Assembly: GCA_951406725.2 (NCBI GenBank)
Contig: OX597827.1
Coordinates: forward strand, 42,842,001 to 42,906,000
Source: Octopus vulgaris
Lineage: Eukaryota
DNA length: 64,000 bases
Reading direction: 5' to 3'
Position 1 is the first letter of the stretch. Each line of letters starts with the position of its first letter. The notes under the pieces were generated by a model that did not search any database, was not told the DNA's origin, and saw only the letters and a list, made by a program, of their open reading frames with translations. Made by a program: the position numbers and the translations under genes. Positions 26,397-40,480 of the stretch are shown one piece after another.

Positions 26397-26431
26397 GTTT
26401 AACGTTTCGAGCGGAGCTCTTCGTCGGAAAC
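26397..26431 (-). ncRNA. Minimal hammerhead-like motif (core variant CCGACGA)
   Basis: Reverse strand: gttt-CCGACGA-a-gagc(tcc)gctc-GAAAC-GTT-aaac; same family as 11951 and 38018. Confidence 0.55.
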
Positions 26432-26504
26432 AAAGGAGAAGGAAAGATCCCGAGAAGGGAAGACAGAGGAAAAAAATTTTTTTGCTGGTGGTGCTCAAGA
26501 GATC

Positions 26505-26555
<51 letters not shown>

Positions 26556-26738
26556 TGTCTGTATTTGTTCCCCCATCATTGCTTGACAACCGATGTGTTT
26601 ACGTCCCCGTAACTTAGCGGTTCGGCAAAAGTGAACAATAGAATAAGTACTAGGCTTCCAAAGAATAAATCCCGGGGGTCGATTTGCTTGACTAAAGGCG
26701 GTGCTCCAGTATGGCCGCAGTCAAATGACTAAAACAAG

Positions 26739-26780
<42 letters not shown>

Positions 26781-26791
26781 AAGAGTAAAGA
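26556..26791 (+). mobile_element. SINE A, 3' half
   Basis: Matches the family A tail. Confidence 0.8.
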
Positions 26792-27275
26792 GTGTAAGAT
26801 AAATATTAAACCATAGCTGGCAGGCTGGCTGGTTAGCTGGTCGACTGGGTTAGCTGGTCGACTGGGTTAGCTAGTTGGCTGGTTAGCTGGTTAGCTGGCT
26901 TGGTGGTGGGTAAGCAGCTTGCAATTCCTTCATTGGTCTTCTGACAAACAACTGGAAACGGCGCACAGTGTAATATTTGAATATTGATAAGTGAATCGTT
27001 AATAAAACCATACAAATTCACAAAGCCAAGATTTTTAAGTAGGACACATTTTCGAAAGATTGCTGGTAGTTGTGTGATAACTGGCGGCGTACAGCAACTT
27101 TGCGTTTGGCCACTCTGGTTGTTGCACAATATTTTTATATTCTCTATAATAACATGTCTTCTCTTGTTTTATGTCACGTTTTATGTCTTCTGTTTATTCG
27201 TCTAAGGAGCTGATCTCTAGTTTTACAGACGTTTCTCTGTGGCTATAAAAGTCGACCTATACACTATCATTTACT

Positions 27276-27313
<38 letters not shown>

Positions 27314-27555
27314 GTATGTATGTATATACATATATATGTGTGTATCTGCGCCTATATATATATATATATGTATGTATATGTGTATGTATGTATATATATA
27401 TGTGTGTGTGTATGTGTGAGTGTATATATATATATGTATATATATATATAAATATATACATGCATATATACACATGCATATATATATATGTATGCATGTG
27501 TATATATATGCATGCATATATACATATATATATACATACATATATATATATATAC

Positions 27556-27605
<50 letters not shown>

Positions 27606-27629
27606 ATATTCATACACACACATATATAT

Positions 27630-27688
<59 letters not shown>

Positions 27689-27706
27689 TGTATACATACA
27701 AAAAAA

Positions 27707-27739
<33 letters not shown>

Positions 27740-27757
27740 TATAGGAGTGATTGTGTG

Positions 27758-27791
<34 letters not shown>

Positions 27792-27792
27792 T

Positions 27793-27951
27793 ATAGGAGT
27801 GATTGTGTGCTAAGTAGCCTGCTTACCAACCACATGGGTCCGGGTTCAGTCCCACAGTGTGGCAAACTGAGCAAGGGCCTTCTGTTATAGCCATGGGCTG
27901 ACCAAAGCTTTGTGAGTGGATTTGGTAGACGGAAATTGAAATAAGCCTGTC

Positions 27952-27955
<4 letters not shown>
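27793..27955 (+). mobile_element. SINE A, 5' half
   Basis: tRNA-like head through 'gcctgtcg'. Confidence 0.75.
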
Positions 27956-27995
<40 letters not shown>

Positions 27996-29139
27996 GTGTG
28001 TGTGCGTGAGTGTGTGCATGTGTATGTATTTGTGTGTGTTTGGTAGTGCAAACACCTTAAATAGAACCCAAAACATGAGTATATATATATATATATTTAG
28101 CTTGATCGGAAGCGTTCACACACAAGGTAAAATCTGTCTCAAAAATGTTAGTAACAACCTAATAAAAGATTTTATAACATTTTTTTAAATATAATTTTGT
28201 TTTAAATCACCTTTACACATCAAAACTGTAATAAGTAGTTCTCATACACTTTCATCTATATACATATGTATATATATATGTTATTTTTATACTCTCCACG
28301 TGTACTCTCACTCATACACACACTCTATCTCTCACACACCCACTCTTACACTCAGATGTTTCTGTCTCTCACATACACACACATATATTCTCTCTGAAAC
28401 ACACATATACACCCTCTCATACAGCTGCTCTTCCTTCCTCTTTAGCGCTCTTTCACTCACACTCTCTTACACATATATTTTTTTTTTTTTTGCTTTTTTG
28501 TTTGTTTGTGTCTTCCTTCCTTTTTTTATCTTTCTTATCCCCTCAAAGCAGAAAGCCCTCGAAAAAGCCTTACTTCCTGTCACAAGTGTAACTGGGCTTT
28601 CTGACTTACTCCGTTACTCTGCTCCCACGACTAATCGCAATTCTACCGTAGTCATGAGGTTTTCTTGAGTCATAAGGATATAAAGATTTTCTTAAGCACA
28701 AGACACTTGAAGTGTAAGAGACACTAAGGAGAGAAAGAAAAAAAAAATTAACATGTAGAAATAAAACAAAGAGTAGAAATAGCAACATAAACACCATAAA
28801 TTAAATTCTACCTCCAATAAGAACTTCATCCTGAAGATAAGGCAAGAAAGGTCTTCAAAGCCGATGAACCTCAAAAATTTATTGTCTCAAACAAATAGTA
28901 AAAGTCTGACGAGAAAATATGATGATGATGATGATAATAATAATAATAATCTTCATTGGAAGTACAAAATGATGCATCATATGTGTATGCGTGAATGTAT
29001 ACACATATATACACACGCGAGCACGCACTTACACATATACATAAATGTATATACATATATATATATATTATATAAAAGGGCTTAGTAAAATAAATTACTT
29101 TGCCGCATACTGAACTCATTAGAAATAGCAGCTAAAAAA

Positions 29140-29178
<39 letters not shown>

Positions 29179-29231
29179 TGTGTATATCTATTATATATAT
29201 ATATAAAATCATATTACACACACATATGTAC

Positions 29232-29280
<49 letters not shown>

Positions 29281-29346
29281 TGTGTGCACCAGTGTGCTAT
29301 TAGGTCTTGTATATAGTAATTATTTAGTGCATGTACTTGCTTTAAA

Positions 29347-29388
<42 letters not shown>

Positions 29389-29874
29389 ATCAGTTTATCT
29401 ATGTGTGGGTGAGTGTATATGTATATATGTTGTTGTATGTGTGTGTATGTTGCTTGCGGGCGCGCGCGTGTGTGTGCAATAAAATGCACTGCAATAATCA
29501 CTATGTACGCACTCCAATATCATTGTCGGATACACTATCCTTGAATTCACTACAAGTAATTAGAAGACAGTCGACAAATGTCTATGTGAAATAATGAATG
29601 GTAGGAATGAATCGAATGGAAGAATGCAATAAAAATAAGCTTATATTTAATTTACAGTAACATTCCGGGACATCTCGATGTTTCTGCAACACATGCATAA
29701 ACACAAACAAGCACAAACATACTATAAAGTAAGCACGCTATATACACACACCCATATATTTTGTTTCGGTATGTCTGTATAATAATTATATGTATATACA
29801 TACATGCATATATGTGTGTTTGTATGTATGTATGTATATATGTTTATTCCCACTACCTGGCTCTCATCTAGGGA

Positions 29875-30431
29875 GGAAGCACTCCGTCGGTTACGACGAC
29901 GAGGGTTCCGGTTGATCCGATCAACGGAACAGCCTGCTCGTGAAATTAACGTGTAAGTGGCTGAGCACTCCACAGACACGTTACCCCTTAACGTAGTTCT
30001 AGGGGATATTCAGCGTGACACAGAGAGTGACAAGGCCGGCCCTTTGAAATACAGGTACAACAGAAACAGGAATTAAGAGTGAGAGTGAGAGAAAGTTGTG
30101 GTGAAAGAGTACAGCAGGGATCACCACCATCCCCTGCCGGAGCCTCGTGGAGCTTTTAGGTGTTTTCGCTCAATAAACACTCACAACGCCCGGTCTGGGA
30201 ATCGAAACCGCGATCCTATGACCGCGAGTCCGCTGCCCTAACCACTGGGCCATTGCGCCTCCACGTGGTGAAAGAGTACAGCAGGGATCACCACCATCCC
30301 CTGCCGGAGCCTCGTGGAGCTTTTAGGTGTTTTCGCTCAATAAACACTCACAACGCCCGGTCTGGGAATCGAAACCGTGATCCTACGACCGCGAGTCCGC
30401 TGCCCTAACCACTGGGCCATTGCGCCTCCAC
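29875..30431 (-). mobile_element. SINE head B + tail 1 with a duplicated 167 bp head
   Basis: 30098-30264 is repeated at 30265-30431; TSD gctctcatcta at 29860-29870 and 30434-30444. Confidence 0.85.
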
Positions 30432-30657
30432 AAGCTCTCATCTACATATCTATGTCAAAAAGCTTCATGAACTAACTGCATTCGTAAAACAACTTTTGAA
30501 GACGGCGCTAGTATCAACGCTCAAGAAAATTTGTATCCATGTGAATGTTGTTGTCGCTTAGCTTTTCGAAGAACCAGTGTACCATTCCAAATTATTGCTA
30601 TTAATTTTAACAAAGTTATTTTTTCTTTGTGTATGTCTGCTTGTTCTGTTCGCCCCC

Positions 30658-30697
<40 letters not shown>

Positions 30698-31139
30698 TGT
30701 GTTCTTTCTGTTCTGTCAGTTTTTAAAACTTTGATAATATTTTGTCCATGTTTTGGCTGGAGGGCTTATTTGTTGGTGCTAGTGTAGCGAGAAACTGTGT
30801 TGTTACCCCCAATGCCAGGAGCCATGTTAAAGTATTCCTAAGCGAAACCAGAAAAAAATAATGAAATGAAACGAAAATATTCCAAAATTATGGTTTTTTT
30901 TTAGTAAAATAAGCAGAAAATAAAATCGGAAACCACCTCCTCGTCGCTCTTTCAAATTGTAAAAGATAAATAAATAAATAAATAAATAAACAAATAAATA
31001 ATAAATAAATAAATGAGTAAATAAAACAAAATAATGGTGTAAAAATATAATCCAAAACAGGAACAGAAATAAATAGGTTTTAACAAAAAAATATTATTCC
31101 TCACATAGGCGCAAGGCCTAGACGATGATTCTAAAGTTA

Positions 31140-31186
<47 letters not shown>

Positions 31187-31753
31187 GGTGGCGGTGGTGA
31201 TGGTGATGATGACGATCTTTCTTACTACAGGCACAACGGCCTGACATTTAAGAAGATGAGGGGCAAAGTCTTTCCGAAAGGGGGTGAGAGGCAAAGTCAG
31301 AACGTAAAGAACCGGGACAAGAAATGCAGCTAAATCTTTTGTCCGACGCGCCACCTATTTTGTTAATAATAATAATAATAATAATAATAATGATAATAAT
31401 AATAGTAATAATAATAGTAATAATAATCATAACGATAACAACAATTATTACAATCGTCATCATCACCACCACCACCATCATCATCATCATCCTCTTCATC
31501 ACCTTCATCATCATCATCATCATCATATATCAAATGTTGACACAAGGTCAGCAAGTGGAGAAGGGTCAGTTTGATTTACGTCGACCTCCTATCCCCAACA
31601 ATCGACTGGTACTTTATTTTATCAACCCCAGAAAGGTTGAAAAGCAAGTTTTGGCGTTGGCAATATTTGAACTTAGACGTAAAGAGCCGGAAGAAACGGC
31701 GCTAGACAATTTGTTCCATGCGCTACCGATTCTGTTAGCTCGCAGCCCTAATT

Positions 31754-31958
31754 CTTTTACTCTTTTATTTGTTTCAGTCATTTGACTGCGGCCATGCTGG
31801 AGTACTGTCTTTAGTCACACAAATCAAACCCCAGGACTTATTTTTTTGCAAGCCTAGTACTTATTCTATCAGTTACTTTTGCCGAACAGTTAAGTTACGG
31901 GGACGTAAACACACCAACATTGGTTGTGAAGCGATGTTGGGGTGAGAAACACAGACAC

Positions 31959-32027
<69 letters not shown>

Positions 32028-32185
32028 CACACACAACAGGCTTCTTTCAGTTTCCGTCTACCAAATCTACTCATAAGGCTTTGGTCGGCCCGAGGCTATA
32101 GAAGAAGACACTTGCCCAAGGTGCCATGCAACGGGACTGAACCCAGAATCATGTGGTTGGTTAGTAAGCTGCTCCTGCGCCTATA
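31754..32185 (-). mobile_element. SINE A, near full-length
   Basis: Head, internal microsatellite and tail present. Confidence 0.85.
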
Positions 32186-32795
32186 AGCCACTGACACAAG
32201 GCCTACAATTTTAGACCGTGGGGTTAATCGCTTTGATTGACTCCTAGTACTAGATTCATACTCTGAAAGGGTGAAAGGCAAGGCTGACATTGCCGTAAAC
32301 CCGGAAAAATTTGCTGCTAAGCAATTTGTCTGACACAATCTCCGGTGTCATAAAAGGCAAGGGCCATAACAATGATGTAACTTCAGTCTGCGGCAATACG
32401 TTAGATGAGTGTGAATTAGGGCCATCCACCATTTTGATTTTCATAAAATGACCGACAACTAACACGCAACAGCTTGGAGTCCGCCATAACAATCGTTTAG
32501 CGAAAAGGAAAAAAAAAAGAACATTAACGTGTTTACTGGGTTAAACCGTTTGTAAATACTTAACAATACAACGTGGCAGACAAGGCGTGGTAAAGAGACG
32601 ATCTTTAACTTCACGGTGGATAAACATTACAGAAGAAATTTTCAGATCAATAGGTATTGGAGTTGAGATGAAAGCGAATCACCTAGTTGTGAATGAGTTT
32701 AAAAATAAAGCTCCGACAAGAAGAGTCTAAGAAATTCTCAAATTTCGTTCGGAAAGTAAGAGCAGCGTCATATCATAGTCGTTGATATAATTAGT

Positions 32796-33395
32796 GGGCA
32801 ATGAGCTGGCAAAAACGTTAGCACGCCGGGCGAAATGCGTAGCCGTATTTCGTCTGCCGCTACGTTCTGAGTTCAAATTAAACCGAGGTCGACTTTGCCT
32901 TTCATCCTTTCGGGGTCGATTAAATAAGTACCAGTTACGCACTGGGGTCGATATGATCGACTTAATCCGTTTGTCTGTCCTTGTTTGTCCTCTCTGTGTT
33001 TAGCCCCTTGTGGGTAGTAAAGAAATAAGTATTTCGTCTGCTGCTACGTTCTGAGTTCAAATTCCGCCAAGGTCGATTTTGCCTTTCATCCTTTCGGGGT
33101 CGATAAATTAAGTACCAGTTGCGCACTGGGGTCGATATAATCGACTTAATCCGTATGTCTGTCCTTGTTTTCCTCTCTGGACAATAAAGAAATAAGAATC
33201 GTTAGCACGCCGTACAAAATGCTTAGCGACATTTGGTCCGTCTTTGCGTACTAACTTCAAATTCTTCCAAGGTCTACTTTGTGTTCCATTGTTTTGGAGT
33301 CAATAAAATAAGTACCAGTTGGATATAGGATTCTTGTAAACCGACTTTCCCTTCCCCTCATATGGGTGGCCTTGTGCTAAAATTTGAAACCAATA
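32796..33395 (+). mobile_element. SINE family D (Nin/Deu-domain-like): two tandem units plus a diverged copy
   Basis: ggtcgactttgcctttcatcctttcggggtcgataaattaagtaccag resembles the Nin/Deu central domain; other diverged copies at about 14815, 31545, 34222, 35135 and 55240. Confidence 0.75.
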
Positions 33396-33807
33396 TAACT
33401 GCCGATTAGCGCTACCAGTTATCATACGATGACTGGAATTGCATAAAAGAGACAATCTCTCCCATCAGCTCGCACCGCCCCGGTCCAGTTTCTGTCACTG
33501 AAGAGTAAATAACCACTCCGAAATGCTTGTATTTCACAGTCTGGGCAGATGACGCTGAGAGCTGATTTAGATGCATTAATATTTAGATTATATATATATA
33601 TACAAGGCTGGTAAAAAGTGACCCGACAGTAAATCAAAATTCTATAAATACTATCTGTAATTCTGTATTGACTCGAATGGGAAAATGTGTCGCTCGGGAA
33701 CGACTTCCGTTTGAACAATTTTCATGATGTTTCATATTTAGATACTTTTATTGAATTCATGCAGTAAATCAAAACCATTTAATCCCAAGATTTATTTGTT
33801 TAACAAA

Positions 33808-34214
33808 GAGTGGCTGTTTGATAAGTAGCGTGCTTACCAACCACTTGGTCCTGGGTTCAGTCCTAATGCGTGGCGCCTCGGCCAAGTGTCTTCTACTATA
33901 GCCCGGGCCCACCAAAGCCTTGTGAGTGGATTTGGTAGACGGAAACTGAAAGAAGCCCGTCGTATATTTGTATATAAACATATGTATGGATGTGTGTGTA
34001 TATGTTAGTGTGTCTGTGTTTGTCCCCCCCAACATCGATTGACAACCGATGCTGGTATGTTTACGACCCCGTAACTTAGCGGTTCGGCAAAAGAGACCGA
34101 CAGAATAAGTACTAGGCTTACAAAGAATAAGTCCTGGGGTCGATTTGCTGGACTAAAGGCGATGTTCCAGCATGGCCGCAGTCATATGATTGAAACAAGT
34201 AAAAGAGTAAAAGA
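33808..34214 (+). mobile_element. SINE A
   Basis: Matches the family. Confidence 0.85.
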
Positions 34215-34410
34215 ATAGACAGATTCGTTACCACGCCGGACAATATGCTGAGCGATATTTCTTTCGGCTTTAAGTTCAGAGTTAAAATTCTGCCGAGGTT
34301 GACTTTGCCTTTTATCCTTTCGGGGTCGATGAAATAAGCACCTGTCGAGCACTGGGATTGAGGTAATCTATTTATCCCCTACCCACGAAATTTCAGACTT
34401 TTTGGCTATA

Positions 34411-35103
34411 GGCGCAGGTGTGGCTGTATAGTAAGTAGCTTGCTTACGAACCACATGGTTCTGGGTTCAGTCCCACTGCGTGGCACCTTGGGCAAGTATC
34501 TTCTACTATAGCCTCGGGCCGACCAAAGCCTTGTGAGTGGATTTGGTAGACGGAAACTGAAAGAAGCCCGTCGTATATATGTATATATGGCATTCCTTCG
34601 ATATAACTCGACAAAATCAAAACATTTCACTTCGGGTATTTCTGTCGGTTGTGGGGTATTGATATAACGAAGTTATGCCAGCAATGTCTCATTTTAAACT
34701 TGAAGACAAAAAGCCTTGCATATTTGTTCTTACCTGCTTCATGTATGTATGTAAAATCCGCAAATTTCCAAGCAGGAAACAGAATCGAACTGTCATTTGC
34801 TTCCACGGAAATATCCAAAGTGAAATGTTTTGATTTTGTTGAATTATATCGAAGGAAGGACGTATATATATATATGAGTGTGTATGCGTTTGTGTGTCTG
34901 TGTTTGTCCCCACGGAACATCGCTTGACAACCGATGCAGGTGTGAGTACGTTCCCGTCAATTAGCGCTTTGGCAAGAGTTACTGATAGAATATGAACTAG
35001 GCTTACAAAGAATAAGTCCTGGGGTCGATTTGCTCGACTAAAGGCGGTGCTCCAGTATGGCCGCAATCAAATGACTGAAACAAATAAGAATAAAAGAATA
35101 AAA
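34411..35103 (+). mobile_element. SINE A carrying a MITE in its internal (TA) tract
   Basis: Both SINE halves are intact around the insert. Confidence 0.85.
34589..34862. mobile_element. MITE with ~55 bp terminal inverted repeats, TA-flanked
   Basis: ttccttcgatataactcgacaaaatcaaaacatttcactt versus aagtgaaatgttttgattttgttgaattatatcgaaggaa. Confidence 0.8.
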
Positions 35104-35313
35104 TATAGTAGAAAAGAGTAGGTCTATCAAATTTTGAGACAAGGTCAGCAATTACGAATGATCGGGTAAGTTGATTACATCGACTAGAGTGCTCAATTGG
35201 TACTTATTACATCGACCCCGAAAGGATGAAAAGCACCGTAGAACCCGGCAAAATTTGAACCCAGAACGTAGAAAACGGGTGAAATGCCGCTAAGCGTGCT
35301 AACGTTTCTTATT

Positions 35314-36071
35314 ACACAGAGGGGGACAAACAAGGTCAGACAAACGGATTAAGTCGATTAAATCGACCCCAGTGCGTAACTGGTACTTAATTTATCGACC
35401 CCGAAATGATGAAAGGCAAAGTCGATCTCGACGGAATTTGAACTCAGAACGTAGCGGCAAACGAAATACCTATTTCTTTACTACCCACAAGGGGCTAAAC
35501 ACAGAGGGGACAAACAAGGACAGACACACGGATTAAGTCGATTACATCGACCCCAGTGCGTAACTGGTACTTAATTTATCGACCCCGAAAGGATGAAAGG
35601 TAAAGTCGACCTCAGCGGAATTTGAACTCAGAACGTAACGGCAGACGAAATACCTATTTCTTTACTACCCACAAGGGGCTAAACACAGAGAGGACAAACA
35701 AGGACAGACACACGGATTAAGTCGATTACATCGACCCCAGTGCGTAACTGGTACTTAATTTATCGACCCCGAAAGGATGAAAGGCAAAGTCGATCTCGGC
35801 AGAATTTGAACTCAGAACGTAGCGGCAAACGAAATACCTATTTCTTTACTACCCACAAGGGGCTAAACACAGAGAGGACAAACAAGGACAGACAAATGGG
35901 TTAAGTAGATTATATCGACCCCAGAGCGTAACTGGTACTCATTTAATCGACCCCGAAAGGATGAAAGGCAAAGTCGATCTCGGCGGAATTTGAACTCAGA
36001 ACGTAACGGCAGATGAAATACCGCTAAGCATTTCGCCCGGCGTGCAAAACGTTTCAGCCAGTTCATCGCCT
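35314..36071 (-). repeat. SINE D tandem array, 184 bp period, ~4 units
   Basis: cccacaaggggctaaacacagag occurs at 35484, 35668 and 35852. Confidence 0.9.
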
Positions 36072-36885
36072 ATTAGAAACGGATTATTAACTATCATCCG
36101 ATGTCTATAATCTACGAACCGGTCTACAGCTGTAGATTACGGTCGATTAAACTCCCTCCATTCACCTCTTACTCCTACAAAATTCATGACTTCGCGTCCA
36201 TATTAGAAATAAATTAATTCTGAGCTGAAGGCACGTAAAACGGTCGCGTGCCGTATGCTTAGCCTAACCCTAACCCCTAACCCGCAAACACACCTTTCCA
36301 TCCTTTTTTCCACTCTCTTTCTCTCTCCCATACCTTCTGTTTTCTCTCTCTCTCTCTCGCTCTTTTATCCCTCTTCGTCTCCGTTCAGTCTCCTATATTG
36401 TTGTTTTATGTCTATATATATATATAATACAAAGCCGAAAGTGCGTTCGCCCGTGCACACGCTTTTTTTTTTTTTCTTCTTTCTGCTTCTTATCGTTTTA
36501 ATTTAACTCTGCTTCTATTCTCCTATTGTTCTGTAAGGTTACAAACTCAGGTCATGAGAATATAGCTTTTTAATTTGTATCACTTATCTATCCATCTATC
36601 TATCTATCTATCTATCACACATATACATTCATTCACGCATACATTACATACATAGTCATACATACATACGCACATACATACATATATACATACATACATA
36701 CATACATACATACATACATACATACATACATACAGATAGACAGACATGCATATATACATGCGTACACGCATACGTACATTCATATATACTTGGTCCTGGC
36801 AACTAGCTGTGGCCATGCTAGAGCACCTACACACAAATACACACACACACACACACACATATATATGCGTATGTGTGTATGTATA

Positions 36886-36950
<65 letters not shown>

Positions 36951-37504
36951 GCACACATATATACACATACATACAGATATATATGTATATATATATATAG
37001 ATACATATATAAACACATACATATATGTGTGTGAGTGTATGTGTGTGTGTATACAGAGAGAGAGAGAGAGAGAGTGAGTGAGAGAGAAAGAGAGAGCAAG
37101 GATCACTATAACTATGGGCGAAGATGCTTGGCCTAACGGTTGGGCCGTTAGATTCACGATTAGGGTATATGGTCGAGTATTCGATTCCTGCACGGAGGGA
37201 CACGTTGAGCCTTGGACAAAGCACTTTTATTTCACAATCAGCCAATTGTCCCAGCTGAGAAAAATAACGAGTACCAGATGAATGCTGGCGCACCTCTCTT
37301 CCTCTGCAGCTGTCACATCGCCAATGTGCCGCTGGATCAAATGTAGGAAGGCTAAGAGTATATACTTATATCTGCTCGTGACACCAACTACAACAGTTCG
37401 CGGCGGTATGGTACATTCTACAATATCCTACACGCTTACAAATGATGGCTATGGGTTTATAATATACAACTAATGTATGTATGGTGGTGGTGTTTGGGTG
37501 CTTA

Positions 37505-37690
37505 GAAAGTTCCTGGCTTTGGATAAAAGAAATTACAGGAGGATTAGTTAATTACGACTTTATTCAGTATATTCCCTTCTCGGATTCACACATTGCAGCG
37601 GTCCTTCAATTTTTCTCAGCCCTTTAAAAGAATTCGGAAGGTTAGGCCTCCAGCCAAGCTTTTCGCGACACCCTTAAAGCAAGGAACTTA
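37505..37690. mobile_element. Mariner-derived MITE
   Basis: TIRs aagttcctggcttt / aaagcaaggaactt; interior resembles a mariner C-terminus; related fragment at about 49155-49295. Confidence 0.6.
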
Positions 37691-37776
37691 CACTATTCCT
37701 TTGTATGTGTGTATGTGTATGTATATATATATAAATATATATAAATATATATATATATAGATATACACGCACACAC

Positions 37777-37834
<58 letters not shown>

Positions 37835-37880
37835 GTGTAGATATATATGTAAGTATATATATTATATGTATGTATATATG

Positions 37881-37941
<61 letters not shown>

Positions 37942-38017
37942 CAAAATGTGACCGCGTGTGTACCGTTGGCGATTTTTTTCCTCTGTCTTTCCTTCTCTGG
38001 ATCTTTCCTTCTCCTAT

Positions 38018-38052
38018 GTTTCCGACGAAGAGCTCCGCTCGAAACGTTAAAC
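38018..38052 (+). ncRNA. Minimal hammerhead-like motif (core variant CCGACGA)
   Basis: gttt-CCGACGA-a-gagc(tcc)gctc-GAAAC-GTT-aaac. Confidence 0.55.
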
Positions 38053-38145
38053 CCTCCTTCTTTCCTTCTTTCCTGAGCGTCCAATAATACTATATTTGTT
38101 CCACGTTCTCGCGTTGTTGTATTTTTTGTGCTTTCTTGTTTGGAT

Positions 38146-38211
<66 letters not shown>

Positions 38212-38391
38212 TGTGTGTGTATTAATGTTAAAATTATTTGCCAACATAATGTGACGGTCCCGGTTGGGACGAATGTTACTGTTATTTAGCCCCAGGAAAC
38301 CTCGTTTCCAGCTGGCTGCATGACACACTGTCTGTGTCCTTGTATTTTTGAACAGGGGAGTTTAGCATACCCCACCCAGCACAAAGCAATA

Positions 38392-38436
38392 TCTGTGGAC
38401 CACGGTTTCTGAGCTCTTTCTCTTCCTCAGCAGTCT
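38392..38436 (-). ncRNA. Type I hammerhead motif in a diverged relative of the 362 bp repeat
   Basis: Reverse strand: ctg-CTGAGGA-a-gag(aaagag)ctc-a-GAAAC-cgtg-GTC-cacag. Confidence 0.6.
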
Positions 38437-38615
38437 CAGCAAAGTCATCTCCCCCATCCCCCCCCTCTCTCTCTCTATGTATTTATATTTATAAATATAT
38501 ATATATGTTCTTTTTCACTTTCTCTCGAAAGTTGATAAAATTCTTATGATGTCAACACTACACATTACTCGCTGGCATGAATAAAGTTTTTAAAAAGGAG
38601 AGAGAAATCCGAAGT

Positions 38616-38686
38616 ATTGCTGTGGTGCAATGGTAGAATGCCTGTCATGTTTACAGGAAATATGGGTCCAAGCCCAACGAGCCGCC
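38616..38686 (+). pseudogene. Degenerate tRNA-like sequence
   Basis: A-box tggtgcaatgg; anticodon-like arm cctgt-catgttt-acagg; T-arm-like tggg..ccca; no clean acceptor stem. Confidence 0.35.
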
Positions 38687-38816
38687 TTACACGTTTTCTG
38701 TCCAAAATCTTTTTCAACCAAATACTTATATGCTATTATTTATAGCTTTATGCGATGCGCTACAAGAAACCAGTATTCCCAAAACAGAATTACTTCACGT
38801 TCATGTATGTATGTAT

Positions 38817-38851
<35 letters not shown>

Positions 38852-39042
38852 CAAGGTTGGCCGAAAGCCACCTGCCAGTAAATCAAAACCATTTAATCCC
38901 AAGATTTATTTATGTTAAACAACTATATTTTTTTTGTACGATCACTTTTGATCGAAAACCTATCCACCTTTTTTTCCCCAAAAAAAGAAAAGCTCTACTT
39001 TGTAATTTATCCCCGCTCTATTCAGCCCTATGTGGCTAATAA

Positions 39043-39141
<99 letters not shown>

Positions 39142-39146
39142 ATATA

Positions 39147-39630
<484 letters not shown>

Positions 39631-39650
39631 TGTATGTATGTATGTATTAT

Positions 39651-39969
39651 GGTGACGCAATGGCCCAGTGGTTAGGAGGATCGCGGTTTCGATTCCCAGA
39701 CCGGGTGTTGTGAGTGTTTATTGAGCGAAAACACCTAAAGCTCCACGAGGCTCCAGCAGGTGTTGGTGGCGAACCCTGCTATACTCATTCACCACAACTT
39801 TCTCTCTGTTTCTGTTGTACCTGTATCTTTGTCACACTTTGTATCACGCTGAATCTCCCCGAGAATTACGTTAAGAGTACACGTATCTGTGGAGTGTTAA
39901 TTTCACGAGAAGGCTGTTTCGTTGATCGGATCAACTGGAACCCTTGTCGTCGTAACCGACGGAGTGCCA
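39651..39969 (+). mobile_element. SINE head B + tail 1 with deletions
   Basis: Matches the reverse complement of 12574-12957. Confidence 0.8.
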
Positions 39970-40024
<55 letters not shown>

Positions 40025-40164
40025 CAAAATAATCAACAAGGATATCCTTGTTGCTTATTTTGATTATAATCAGCCCAGTTGATTTATATGAATAATAACA
40101 TACAAAATTCTGATGCCTATAACTTAAGTACAATATTCATCTGAATCTAAATGTTGCTGAACTT

Positions 40165-40480
40165 AGTGGCTGTGTGGTAAGTAGCTTGCTAACCAGCCAC
40201 ATGGTTCCTGGTTCAGTCCCACTGCATGGCATCTTGGGCAAGTGTCTTCTGCTACAGCCCCGGGCCGACCAATGCCTTGTGAGTGGATTTGGTAGACGGA
40301 AACTGAAAGAAGCCTGTCGTATATATGTATATATATATATATGTGTATGTGTATGTGTGTGTTTGTGTGTCTGGGCTTACAAAGAATAAGTCCCGGGGTT
40401 GATTTGCTCGACTAAAGGCGGTGCTCCAGCATGGCCGCAGTCAAAATTACTGAAACCAGTAAAAGAGTAAAAGAGAGAGT
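40165..40480 (+). mobile_element. SINE A with internal deletion
   Basis: Matches the family. Confidence 0.8.

Noticed and set aside
27257-28051. YIYI/MYVC/HTHT ORFs throughout the window
   Set aside because: Dinucleotide and tetranucleotide microsatellite artefacts.
28825-28867. tcatc-CTGAAGA-hairpin-caaagcc-gatga
   Set aside because: GAAA and stem III/GUH are missing; at best a decayed remnant.
36262-36284. (CCCTAA)-like telomeric repeat
   Set aside because: Only about three imperfect units; too short to call.
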